Source of the DNA: Squalus acanthias
Lineage: Eukaryota
Assembly (NCBI GenBank): GCA_030390025.1
Contig: JASTWF010000070.1
Coordinates: 124,001-188,000 of the forward strand
DNA length: 64,000 nt
Reading direction: 5' to 3'
Position numbers and translations under genes: made by a program. Positions 12,201 to 24,200 of this stretch are shown piece by piece. The notes beneath the pieces are model-generated. The model saw nothing but the letters and a program-made list of their open reading frames with translations, was not told the DNA's origin and made no database searches. How positions within the stretch are numbered: the first letter of the stretch is position 1; each line of letters opens with the position of its first letter.

Positions 12201-13636
12201 TTAGAGAATATTTGACAGCGAGCCACATAAGGAGGACAGGTGACCAAAAGCTTGGTCAAAGACGTCGGTTTTAAGGAGCGTCTTAAAGGAGGAGAGAGAG
12301 GCGGAGAGGGAATTCTAGAGCTTGGGGCCCAGGCAGCTAAAGGCGAGGCCGCCAATAGTGGAGTGATTAAAATCGGGGGATGTGCAAGAGGCCAGAACTG
12401 GAGGAGCGCGGAGATCTCGGAGGGTTGTAGGGCTGGAGGAGGTTACAGAGATAGGGAGGGTGGTGCCCATTACTGATCTTTCTGAATTAATTCTTACACT
12501 GTAATCAGTAAAATTGAAATTATATTCAAAAGGGGAAATGCATAAACTTTTCTTAAATTCGTGTTTCCTGTTTTTAAATTAATCTAAAGACGCTCAGGCG
12601 GGAGACCCGTTGTTCCCATTTTGATTCAAACTTATACTGACTCAGAATAAAGTTGAGCAGGAGGGTGAAGAAATATATTAATGACTTGGAAGTGGGTGTA
12701 CAGGGCACAATTTCAAAATCTGCAGATGATACAAAACTTGGAAGTATAGTGAACAGTGAGGCGGAGAGTGATAGACTTCAAGAGGACATAAACAGGCTGG
12801 TGGAGGAAATATAAACTAAATGGTACAATCCTAAAGGGGGTGCACGAACTGAGAGACCTGGGGGTATATGTGCACAAATCGTTGAAGGTGGCAGGGCATG
12901 TTGAGAAAGCAGTTAAAAAAGCATACGGGATCCTGGGCTTCATAAATCGAGGTATAGAGTACAAAAGTGTGGAAATTATGATGAAACTGTAGAAAACACT
13001 GTTTCGGCCACAACTGGAGTACTGTGTCCAATTCTGAGCACCGCACTTTAGGAAGGATGTGAAGGCCTCAGAGAGGGTGCAGAAAAGATTTATGAGAATG
13101 ATTCCAGGGATGAGGGACTTCAGTTATGTGGATAGACTAGAGAAGCTGGGGTTGTTCTCCTTGGAGCAGAGAAGATTGAGAGGAGATTTGATAGAGGTGT
13201 TCAAAATCATGAGGGGTCCGGACAGAGTAGTTAGAGAGAAACTGATCCCATTGGCAGAAGGGTCGAGAACCAGAGGACACAGATTTAAGGTGATTGGCAA
13301 AAGAACCAAAGGCGACGTAAGAATAAACTTTTTTACGCAGCGAGTGGTTCGGATCTGGAATGCGCTGCCTGAGAGGGTGGTGGAGGCAGATTCAATCTTA
13401 TCTTTCAAAAGAGAGCTGGATAAGTACCTGAAGGAAAAAAAATTGCAGGACTACGGGGAAAGGGCGGGGGAGTGGGACTAGCTGAGATTCGGCACGGGTT
13501 CGACGGGCTGAATGGCCTTCTTCCGTGCTGTAACCATTCTATGATTCTATGATTCTGTGAATTGTATTCTCATGTTGCTCCCTCACAGATTCTGTACGCG
13601 CGCCTGGCGTTTGGTGCGGATTACACATCGTCATGA
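6277..13636 (+). CDS. Receptor gene A: non-rearranging VJ-C1-TM immunoglobulin-superfamily receptor (6 exons)
   Basis: Exons: L 6277-6319 (MSFFGLCTLCHLFQ), VJ 7691-8026, C1 8129-8434, TM 11587-11703 (SLRSTTCRIALYARLAAALLVLGIVIVAARRRAKTRKP), Cyt1 11813-11871 (in-frame TAA 11845-11847), Cyt2 13589-13636 (ILYARLAFGADYTSS*). All GT-AG with compatible phases; AATAAA at 13806. Confidence 0.8.
7691..8026 (+). CDS. Gene A V-set exon with fused J-like G strand
   Basis: LQC...SWYRQ...GRFSG...YTLVIANVQRNDSGLYYC...FGNGSKLVIT; no RSS. Confidence 0.92.
8129..8434 (+). CDS. Gene A C1-set exon
   Basis: PDIFLLTPP...LMCLVRG...VRWTV...DGSYTVRSHISV...W...VCTCAV. Confidence 0.9.
8865..9357 (-). mobile_element. 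L2 LINE 3' fragment
   Basis: LHWLPV..R..FKILILVFK...FKTLLKT.LF L2 C-terminal motif; further copies at 9610-9815, 12145-12460, 24600-24930, 47590-47790. Confidence 0.8.
9838..11445 (-). mobile_element. Young 5'-truncated CR1 LINE in gene A intron 3
   Basis: Uninterrupted 428-aa RT ORF 10076-11362; cttatgtt-type tail; same subfamily as 53033-56611. Confidence 0.95.
12675..13557 (+). mobile_element. CR1 3' fragment
   Basis: ORF 13059-13481 CR1 C-terminus (SLEQRRLRGDLIEVFK, FFTQRVV..WN.LP); ctatgatt tail. Confidence 0.9.
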
Positions 13637-14249
13637 GAATGGAAGACCTTTAGATATAAAGCTTCACTCACCGCATCATCAATTACAGCCTGTGTTCAGT
13701 GACTCTTCAAATTACTGGGCGGTAATTATTCCTTAGCTCCCAGTGTGATTGTACTCTGCCTGTAGATGTGATTAATGATTTTTAAAACATCTTTATTACC
13801 GTTTCAATAAAGCAATTATATTTTCTTTATAATCTCATGCAGATTTAGAATGTGTTCTTTATCATACCGAGAGACACCACAGCAGAGAACCGTTTTTTTT
13901 TTAAATAGATAATAACAGTTGCTAAAGGGACAATTATCGGAAAAATTCATATTCTGCTTAACTGTTAGAAGAGAGAATTGCCTTTCTACAGCGCCTTTCA
14001 CGACATCAGGACGTCCCAAAGCGCTTTACAGCCAATGAAGCACTTTTTGCTGAAGTGTGTGTTTGTGGGATCTTGCTGCGCGCAAATTGGCGGCTGCGTC
14101 TCCCTACATTACAACAGTGACTACACTTCAAAAGTACTTCATTGGCTGTAAAGCGCTTCGCGACGTCCCGAGGTCGTGTGCGGTGCTATATAAATACACG
14201 TCTTCCTTTACTTGTAGCAATGGAAATGTTGTAAAATATCTTTTTGTAA

Positions 14250-15024
14250 TTTAAATGGTGCTAGATTGGGAAATGTTGATGTACAAAGGGACCTGGGTGT
14301 CCTTGTAAACCAGTCACTGAAAGCAAACATGCAGGTGCAGCAAACAGTTAGGAAGGCAAATGGTATGTTAGCCTTCATTGCAAGAGGAAGTGAGTACAGG
14401 AGCAAAGATGTCTTACACAGTTATACAGGGCCTTGATGAGACCACACCTGGAGTACTGTGTGCAGTTTTGGTCTCCTTACCTAAGAAAGGATATACTTGC
14501 CATAGAGCCAGTGCAGTGAAGGTTCACCAGACTGATTCCTGGGATGGCAGGACTGTCGTATGAGAAGAGATTGGGTCGACTAGACCTGTATTCACTAGAG
14601 TTTAGAAGAATGAGAGGGGATCTCATTGAAACGCATAAAATTCTGACAGGGCTAGACAGACTGGATGCAGGGAGGTCCCCTGGCTGGGCGGGGGGAGGGG
14701 GGGGGGGGTCTAGAACGAGGGGTCACAGTCTCACGATACGGGGTAGGACATTTAGGACTGAGATGAGGAGAAATTTCTTCACTCAGAGGGCGATGAACCT
14801 GTGGAATTCTCTACCACAGAGGGCTGTGGAGGCCAAGTCACTGAATATATTTAAGAAGGAGATAGATAGATTTCTAGACACAAAAGGCATCAAGGGGTAT
14901 GGGGAGAGAGCTGGAATATGGTATTGAGATAGAGGATCAGCCATGATCATATTGAATGGCGGAGCAGGCTCGAATGGCCGAACGGCCGACTCCTGCTCCT
15001 ATTTTTGTATGTTTCTATGTTTCT
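14250..15024 (+). mobile_element. CR1 3' fragment
   Basis: CR1 C-terminal motifs in ORF 14544-14927 and tail. Confidence 0.9.
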
Positions 15025-18000
15025 AAATTTTATCCAACACACAGATAGTTCCATTTATTTACAGTAGGGAAATATACTTGCAACTCAGAGGTGGAGCAAT
15101 TTCCAGTGTACAATACAATCAGGCCTCCAGCTTCACCTCGTATAAGAATTAACCAGATACTTTTACAGGGGCTAAAAGGTTTAAATTATGAGGACAGTTT
15201 GCATAGACCAGGCTTGAATCCCCTTGAATATCGAAGATTAGGGGGTGATCTAACTGATGAGTTTAAGATGCTTCAAGGAGTTGATAGGGTGGAGAGAGAG
15301 CAAATATTTCCTCTGGTGGGGGTGGGGTGGGGTGGGGGGTGGGGTGGGGCTAGTCCAGAACAAGGGGGACAACAACTTAAAATTAGAGACACGCCGTTCA
15401 GGGGTGATGTCAGGAAGCACTTCTTCACACAAAGGGTGGTGGAATTCTGGAACTCTCCCCCCACCAAAAAAAAATAGTTGAGGCTGGGGGTCAATTGAAT
15501 ATGTCACAAGTGAGGTGGTTAGATTTTTGTTAGGCAAGGGTTTTAAGGGATATGGAACCAAGGTGGGTAGATGCACTGCACCAACTCGCCAAGGCTTCTT
15601 TGGCAGCACTTCCCTAACCCGCGAAATCCACCACCTAGAAGGACAAGGGCAGCAGGCGCATGGGAACACCACCACCTCCAAGTTGCCCTCCGAGTCACAC
15701 ACACCATCCTGACTTGGAAATATATCGGGCCGTTCCTTCATCGTAGCTGTGTCAAAATCCTGTAACTCCCTCCCTAACAGCACTGTCGGAGTACATTCAC
15801 CACACGGACTGCAGCGGTTCAAGAAGGCGGCTCACCACCACCTTCTCGAGGACAATTAGGGATGGGCAATAAATGCTGGCCTTGCCAGCGACGCCCACAT
15901 CCCATGAACGAATAAAAAAAAGATGGAGTTAAGAAACGTCCCGATCTGCACATTCCAGAGGAACCTCTACTGTAGGGAATGGATTACTGCGGAAATTTCC
16001 CTTTGGGGGATGTACAACATCACTTTCATTGGTTGAGGGTGAAACACTGCAGCGCTCTCTGTAGAATTTCACGTTTCCGGTCCATACTGCCTGTTACTTT
16101 ATTCTCAATTACAAATCAGAGAAGGGAAATAACCACCGATGGTGCAATCCTGTCTCTGGCTTAATATTCTCTCCCCAATACCGTGCAAACCTGGGAGCTT
16201 GAACTTAGGATTCGCTAGACGAGAAAAGGCCAAGGTCCACCGAGTTCGCCGATCTCATCGAGAAGCTCTTGTAATTCATGTCCCGAGGGGATAGAAACTT
16301 GCCGAAATTAACGATATTCTGCTGTCAAAATATTCTGCACAGATATTGCAAAGAGTATTTGGAGACACTTGTCACAAGATCACTGCAGGTGAAAAAGGCC
16401 TTTCTACCAAACTTAGCTCAGGAATCCAGAAAGGTTCTGACCTTCTGGCCCATCAGGGCAGTCAAACTGTTTCCTAAATGACTCCAGGGGTTTTCATTAA
16501 CACCGCCCTACCCAGAGGACCATTCCATGTGCTGATCACTCCTTGTGTGATGAACCTCCAGAAATCAGTCTTCAATTTGCCTTTTAGTAGTCCGAACTAA
16601 TTATCCTACTGGCGACAGGAACATTGGAACAGGAGGAGGCCATTCAGCCCCTCGAGCACGTTCCGCCATTCAATTAGATCACGGCTGATCTGTATCTTAA
16701 CTCCATTTACCCACCTTGGTTCCGTAACCCTTAATACCCTTACCCAACAAAAATCTATCAATCCCCGTGTTGAAAATTTCAATTGACCCCCAGCCTCAAC
16801 AGCTTTTTGGATGAGAGAGTTCCAGATTTCCACTACCCTTTGTGTGAAGAAGTGCTTTCTGACATCGCCCCTGAACGGCCTGGCTCTAATTTGAAGCTGA
16901 TTCCCCCCTTGTTCTGGACGCTCCCCACCAGAGAAATAGTTTCTCACTATCTACCCTATTAACTCCTTTAATCATCTTAAACACCTCAATTGGACCACCT
17001 CCTTAATCTTCTATATTCAAGAGAATACAAGCCGAGTCTGTGCAACCTGTCCTCATAATTTAACCCTTTTTGCCCCGGTATCGTCCTGGTGAATTTCGAT
17101 CCGCTTTACAGAACCCTATAATATAATGTAAATCAACATTAACAAGAATACGGTTGTGAGGAATTTATTCAAATCCTCATGTAATTTATTGGACAGTTTC
17201 TGGGAGATGGATTTGAAAGGGTCTTTGCCAAGAACTTTTTGTGTTGCTCCTGAATCTCATCCGGTTGTACATGCTGATTTCAAATCTAATCAGAAGGGGA
17301 ATACTTAGACTGATCTGACTCTGATGGATAAAGCAATATAACCACCTATGATGCAATCCTGTCTCTGGTTGAATATTCTCTCCCAATACTGTGCATACCT
17401 GGGATCTTGAACATAGGAATTGCTAGACGAGAAGAGGCCAAGGTCCACCGAGTTCACCTTCTACCATCCTGGTAGTCGCATGATACAATGATAATGGGGT
17501 TGTCATGGCAATCCATCCCTACCCACGAGTCTACAAGAGACCCAGACCTGACGTGAGCAAAGCTCCAGTGGTGGAGAGTTTTAGGAAACCACAGGTCCAA
17601 AGTCACCCATTCCTCACAAGCCACGCTACACTCACCATCTGTCTCTGACATGTAGTTTTGACATTACTACACATAGCAAAACACACTACCCCAAAGGTAA
17701 AATGGAACCAGGCACAAATCCCCACATCTCTGCCCGCGATTCTCTCCTGTTGTCATCTTAGTCTGTAAATGATTAAGTATCTCGCTTCTCAGACAGAGGA
17801 TATCGCCACTAACAGTATCTCAATTCAGGACCGATATTGTCAGCTCAATAGTCATTCAAGTTTTATCCTGATCACATTTAATTATAAGTGAAGTATTGAT
17901 CGATAGGAACCTCTCGTGCATCTTTACATTCGAAGAATAATTTATTTTATTTACACAAGCATTTGCAAATAAAAATCTTGTTACTAACTGGAGCTGCAGG

Positions 18001-18284
18001 ATGAGCAGGAAAGGTTCAGAGAAACACCAAACCGAGAAGTCCCTGCTCTTAATGTTTGTCTCACACTTGAATTACACTAATGCAGTGGAGTATCTTTACA
18101 ATACTCAAAGCACGTTCGTTTACATTGAATAGAAAGAGTCTTTGCAAACTCTGGCGAGTGCAGGCAGATAGTTCAGATGTTTGACGGGAGTCACCGTGGC
18201 TCTATTCTCATTCCCCGCAGGCTGTGGGTTCTTTTGTAAGTCCGGTCTCCTCCCGCATTAATCGGATAGAAACCCTTCGGGCTC

Positions 18285-21200
18285 TCATCTGCGACCCGCC
18301 TTCTTTTTTGATGACTTTTCCGAGGCAGCAAATTGCAGAGAGGCGTAAAGAGGCTGGTCTCGAGGGCCGCCCTGAGACAGGAAAATATATTAAACATTGA
18401 CATTTCAAGATATTTAAAGGCAGGTCAAGCTATCTCGTCCTGCAGTCGCGTTCATGGAATCAGAGAATGATGCAGCACAGAAGGAGGCCGTTCGGCCCAT
18501 CGTCCCTGTGCCGGCTCTTTGAAAGAGCTCTCCGATTAGTCCCACTCTCCCTGCTTTTCCCCATAGCCCTGCACATTTTTATCCTTCGAGTATTTATCCA
18601 ATTCGCTTTTGAAATTAAGCATTGAATCTGCTTCCACCATCCTCTTTATAAATTTGAGAATCTTTTGCTTAATATGTCCACACAAGAACTGTCTGAATTA
18701 ATGTTTTAACACACAGAGGAGCACAACTCGTAAAGCAGATTAACCCAGAAATCACCAACATTTAATCAGAAAACTGGGATGATGAGTCTATCTGTTTGAT
18801 AGGATAGACACATCAAAACAATCCAATCAGATGGCCATGTTTCGCCATGCGCCATCTGCAAGGTTACATTGATCAATCATACCCAGACATAATCACACAC
18901 ACACAGACACTCAATCATACCCAGACATAATCACACACACACAGACACTCAAACACTCAGACACACACAATCAATCACACCAAGACAGAATCACACACAC
19001 AGACACTCAATCATACCCAGACATAATCACACACACACAGACACTCAAACACTCAGACACACAACAATCAATCACACCAAGACAGAATCACACACACAGA
19101 CACTCAAACACTCTCACACACATACAATCAATCACACCAAGACAGAATCACACACACACTCAATCACACATCATAAAAGATAAGACTTGCATTTCTACAG
19201 CATCTTTCACGTTCTCAGGACGTCCCAAAGCGCTTCACAGCCAATGAAGTACTTTTGAAGTGTAGTTACTGTTGTAATGTAGGAAACACGGCAGCCAATC
19301 TGCGCACAGCAAGTTTCCACAAACAGCCATGTGATAATGATCAGATAATCTATTTTTTAGTGATGTTGGTTGAGGAACAAACATTGGCCCAGGACCCCAG
19401 GGAGAACTCTCCTATGCTCTTCTTCGAGATAGTGGCGTGAGTTCATTTAAGTCCACCTGAGAGGGCAGACGGGGCCTCAGTTTAACATCTCATCTGAAAG
19501 ACGGCACCTCTGACAGTGCAGCGCTCCCTCAGTACTGCCCCTCCGACAGTGCAACGCTCCCTCAGTACTGCCCCTCCGACAGTACGGTGCTCCCTCAGTA
19601 CTGCCCCTCCGACAGTGCAGCGCTCCCTCAGTACTGCCCCTCCGACAGTGCAGCGCTCCCTCAGTACTGCCCTCCGACAGTGCAGAGCTCCTTCAGTACT
19701 GCCCCTCCGACAGTGCGGCACTCCTTCAGTACTGCCCCTCCGACAGTGCGGCACTCCCTCAGTAATGCCCCTCCGACATTGCGGCGCTCCCTCAGTGCTG
19801 CCCCTCCGACAGTACAACGCTCCCTCAGTACTGCCCCTCCGACAGTGCAGCGCTCCCTCAGTACTGCCCCTCCGACAGTGCAGCGCTCCCTCAGTACTGC
19901 CCCTCCGACAGTGCAACGCTCCCTCAGTACTGCCCCTCCGACAGTGCAGCGCTCCCTCAGTACTGCACTGGGAGTGTCGGCCTGGATTATGGGCTCAAGT
20001 CTCTGGAGTGGGACTTGAACCAATGACCTTCTGACTCAGAGGCGAGAGTGCTACCCACTGAGCCACGGCTGACAATCACATGCACGCACACTCACTTACA
20101 CATTCACAAACACACACACGCACATACTCGCACACTCACCCTCTCAGACATTCACTCACACTCACACTCACTCACTCACACTCACACACTCACACTCACA
20201 CACACTTACACTCACACACACACTCTCACACACACACACATACTCACACTCTCACACACACAATCACATTCTCTCCAAACTGATTCCTTCTTTGACGACT
20301 TATCATAGAAATATATTTTGACTTATCTGTGAAACTATTCTGGGTGTCGTCTTATTTCAGAATCTTCATAATAATAACTGTGCTAATATATTAAAAACAA
20401 TATTTCCGCCGGATGGGAGGGGCCGGGGGTTTGTGGGGGGAGTGGACATGGACTCAATGTAGAGATAAAAAGAATAGAAAATAGCAAAAAGCTGGAAATC
20501 TGAAATAGAACCTGAAACTGCTGGAAGTCCGCAGTAAAGTCTGGTGAAGGCATTCTACCCGGAACATTAACCTCTCCTTTCTATTATCACATGGGAAGAG
20601 GGCTGCGGGATATGTTCTGTTTCCAGTTGGAGCAACGAGTGGGATTCGCTGCAAATTAAGATGATCTGATCTATGACCTGCTCAATGCCAACCGTGTGAA
20701 ATATCCCGCATGTGGCGCATTGCACCCATCCCAGAAATCACCAAGTTCCTGTATATTATTGCAACAGGTTCAATGAACTTACTTACATGTATTGCACCCT
20801 GATGTGTCCGCTTCGCCTCCATTTGACGGGTGTCACCTGTGTATCAACAGTTAAGAATATGAATTTAAACATTCTCAATTCTGGCTAATCTATAATTAAT
20901 TACAGAGGCACCATGCACCAATGGTCCCCTAATACGCCAGTGGTCCACTAATATGCCAATGGTACCCCAATACGACAATGGTCCACCAATATGCCAATGG
21001 TACCCCAAAATGCCAATGGTCCACCAATACGACAAAGGTCCACCAATACGCCAATGGTACCCCAATAAGCCAATGATCCCCCAATACACCAATTACAGCC
21101 CAATACGCCAATTGTCCATCAATGACCCAATGGTGCTCCAATACGTCAATGGTCCCTCATTATGCCAATTATCCCCCAATATGCCAATGGTACCCCAATG

Positions 21201-24200
21201 TGTCAATGGTCCACCAATAATATCTCAATAATATCTCAATAAGCCAATGAACCCCCAATATGCCAAGGGTACTCTAATGCACCAATGGTACCCCAATACG
21301 CCAATGGTACCCCCATATGCCAATGGATGGACATGGATGATCCACCCCCGGTGTCTGGCGTCTATTGTCCATCTGATACATAATTGTCAGCATTAATAAC
21401 CAATAATTAGCCTTTCTGTGGGTCCGGCAGACAGGAGCACGAGGGCAGGACAGTTTGATGGCGGGAAATGCACTTATTGATCTTTGAAATATCCCATAAT
21501 TGATGTTCTATCTGCACCAACATTGCAATCCAACTCACCCGAGTGTTGCTCATTTCTTCCCGCTCTTTTCGTTCTCTCTCTCAAACTAAAACTGCATGCA
21601 AACAAAAATATTAAACAAGCATTACTTCTTGTAAATCCTTGGTCACATGCCATAAATATCGAGAACAGAATTGTGGAATGGACCTTGAATCAATCTTAAA
21701 AGAACGTGGAAAATATTGAAATTGGAGTTGGGGTTAACTGTATTTTGACACATGTGTTAAATACAGTGAGATTGTTACTGATGAACTTTGTAAATGGTTC
21801 AGTTACTCACCTTTCATTGTGGGGTCTGTTGACTCGTTCTTCTGAAACAATTAACTGTAATTAGTATTTAACGCTTCGAGAAGGGAATCACATTAAACAA
21901 ACATTTATTCAAATATTCCTGAAAAACGTAAATTCTCACCTGATCTGCCGCTTTTATGATTCCAAATGGAAATGAAGATCAATACGAGAACCAGGATCAC
22001 CGAGACAGTTATGGCAAAGGGAAGGGTCAGAATGCACCACCCTACAGAGAGAAACACTTAGAAAATGCTGCTGGGTCAAGCCATTACTTTCTGGGATTCT
22101 CTGATGAGAAACGTGAACCAGTTACAATGAAGGAGCATCAAACCCGGGGTGTGACAGGACAAACCAGTCAGTGCGACGCATATTGGAGAAGTGAAAGCTA
22201 TTAATGGAATAAATTGCACTAGTTTGGTGGTTGAGGCAAATTGACAGACGGCAGTCTTGGTATTGCCCCATAATTTTAATAATGCACAATCAAAACATCC
22301 TATTTGAAAACTGAATCATAGAATGGTTAGAGCACAGAAGGAACCCATCGTGGCTGTGCCGGCTCATTGGTGGAGCTACCCAATTAGACCCACTCCCCTT
22401 CTCTTTTCCCATAGCCCTGTTAATGTTATCCCTTCAAGTATTTATCCAATTCTCTTTTGAAAGTTACTATTGAACCTGCTCCCACTGCCCTTTCAGGCAG
22501 CGCATTCCAGGTCACAACAACTCGCTGCGTAAAAAATTGTTTCCTCATCTCCCCTCTGGTTCTTTTGCCAATCACCTTAAATCTGTGTCCTCTGGTTACC
22601 GACCCTTCTGCCAATGGGAACAATTTCTCCTTATTTATTCTATCAGAACCCTTCATGATTCATGATTTTACACTTCTATTAAATCTCCTCTTAACCTTCT
22701 CTGCTCTAAGGAGAACAATCCCAGCTTCTCCAGTCTCTCCCAATAACTGAAGTCCCTCATCCCTGGGACCATTGTGCGAAATGTTCTCTCTCCATCCTTC
22801 CTAAAGTGTGGTGCCCAGAACTGGACACAATACTCCAGCTGTGGCCCAACCATTGCTTTATAAATGTTTAGCATAACTTCCTTGCTTCTGTACTCTATTC
22901 CTCTATCAATAAAGCCAAAGAGTCCATATGTTTTTTTAACAGTCTTCTCGACTTGTCCTGCCACCTTCAAAGATTTATGCTCATACACCCGCCATGTTTT
23001 ATGAGTGATAAATTGGAACGATTACCCAATTTCAGTGAAGCTTCATAATCCGATTACATGAAAATATATTTCATGGGGAAAGTGGGGATCGATAAGGGGG
23101 GTTCGGGTCTTTAAAACGGGAAACGAGAAAATAAACGGGTGGAAATGAGCGAGCGTCTGATCCCAGCAGACGCGTTCAGCCAACTATTTCACCGCATCTC
23201 TTGACTAGTTTCAGGTCAGAAAGCGCGTTCACTCCAATCCATTCCAGGATGCGCTGCCTGAAAGGGCGGTGGAAGCTGATTCACGAATAACTTTCAAAAG
23301 GGAATCGGATAAATACTTGAAGGGGAAAATTTTGCAAGGGCTGTGGGGTAAGAGCCGGCACAGGTACGATGGGCCGAATGGCCTCCTTCTGTGCTGCATC
23401 ATTCTATGATTCTAAAATGACCCGCAGAAATCTAAAGTCAGCCCAGAGCGGAGGAATTATTTACAAGACCTGGGACGGTGGGTAACCGTAGCTTATTTCA
23501 ATTTATTTTATAACAGACTGACAGCACTATTCTCCGGATATATAGATATTCATGCTCATCCCGTGGTGTTGCTTTATTTGCAGACTTCAGACGCTTAGGA
23601 GCGAGTGAACTACTCCGACTGACGCTAAAGCTGAATACTAACATTCGCTATACAGATCACCGACTTACCTGCCACTGTTTTGGGGCGCGACACGCTCTTG
23701 GCCCAAGATTTGTCCTTGGAACCCAGCTCAACAATACAGGTGCAGACCCCGCCGCTTCTCCAGGCTTCCCTCGAGACCATCACATGGCTTCTGATGCTGT
23801 AGGTCATGTCCGGGTCCAGTGTACCGGAATCGCTCTGTCCTTTGGTCACCTGTCCGGTAACGTTCCAGTAAAGAGCAATCTGGTTCGAGGAGACGCCAGT
23901 GACTAAACACACCAAGGGGACGGTGTCCCTTAAATGCGGCTCCCCCGGCAGAGCAAACACCAGCACAGCCGTCTTGGGTGTGGAACTGTCTGGACAGGGA
24001 TTGGGACACAGTTAACTCTTAGTTTACACCGAATGATATTGCTGTGCATGATCTGAATTCAATTTGGTTTTGCTCTTACCTCCAACCAGCAGTGTGGATC
24101 CATTCCCGAGCGGTGCATAGCCATCCCTATCAGCACAGTAATAGGAGCCGGTGTCAGCCACCTGCACATTGCGGATTTCCAGGATCAGTATATATTTGGT

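Noticed and set aside
11619-13609. Identical hexapeptide LYARLA in the gene A TM exon and ITIM exon
   Set aside because: Codons differ and flanks are unrelated; probably coincidence, and the TM copy is not cytoplasmic
19482-20034. Long repetitive ORFs on both strands; CRISPR-like periodicity
   Set aside because: A 33-bp SINE-derived minisatellite with no unique spacers, in eukaryotic DNA
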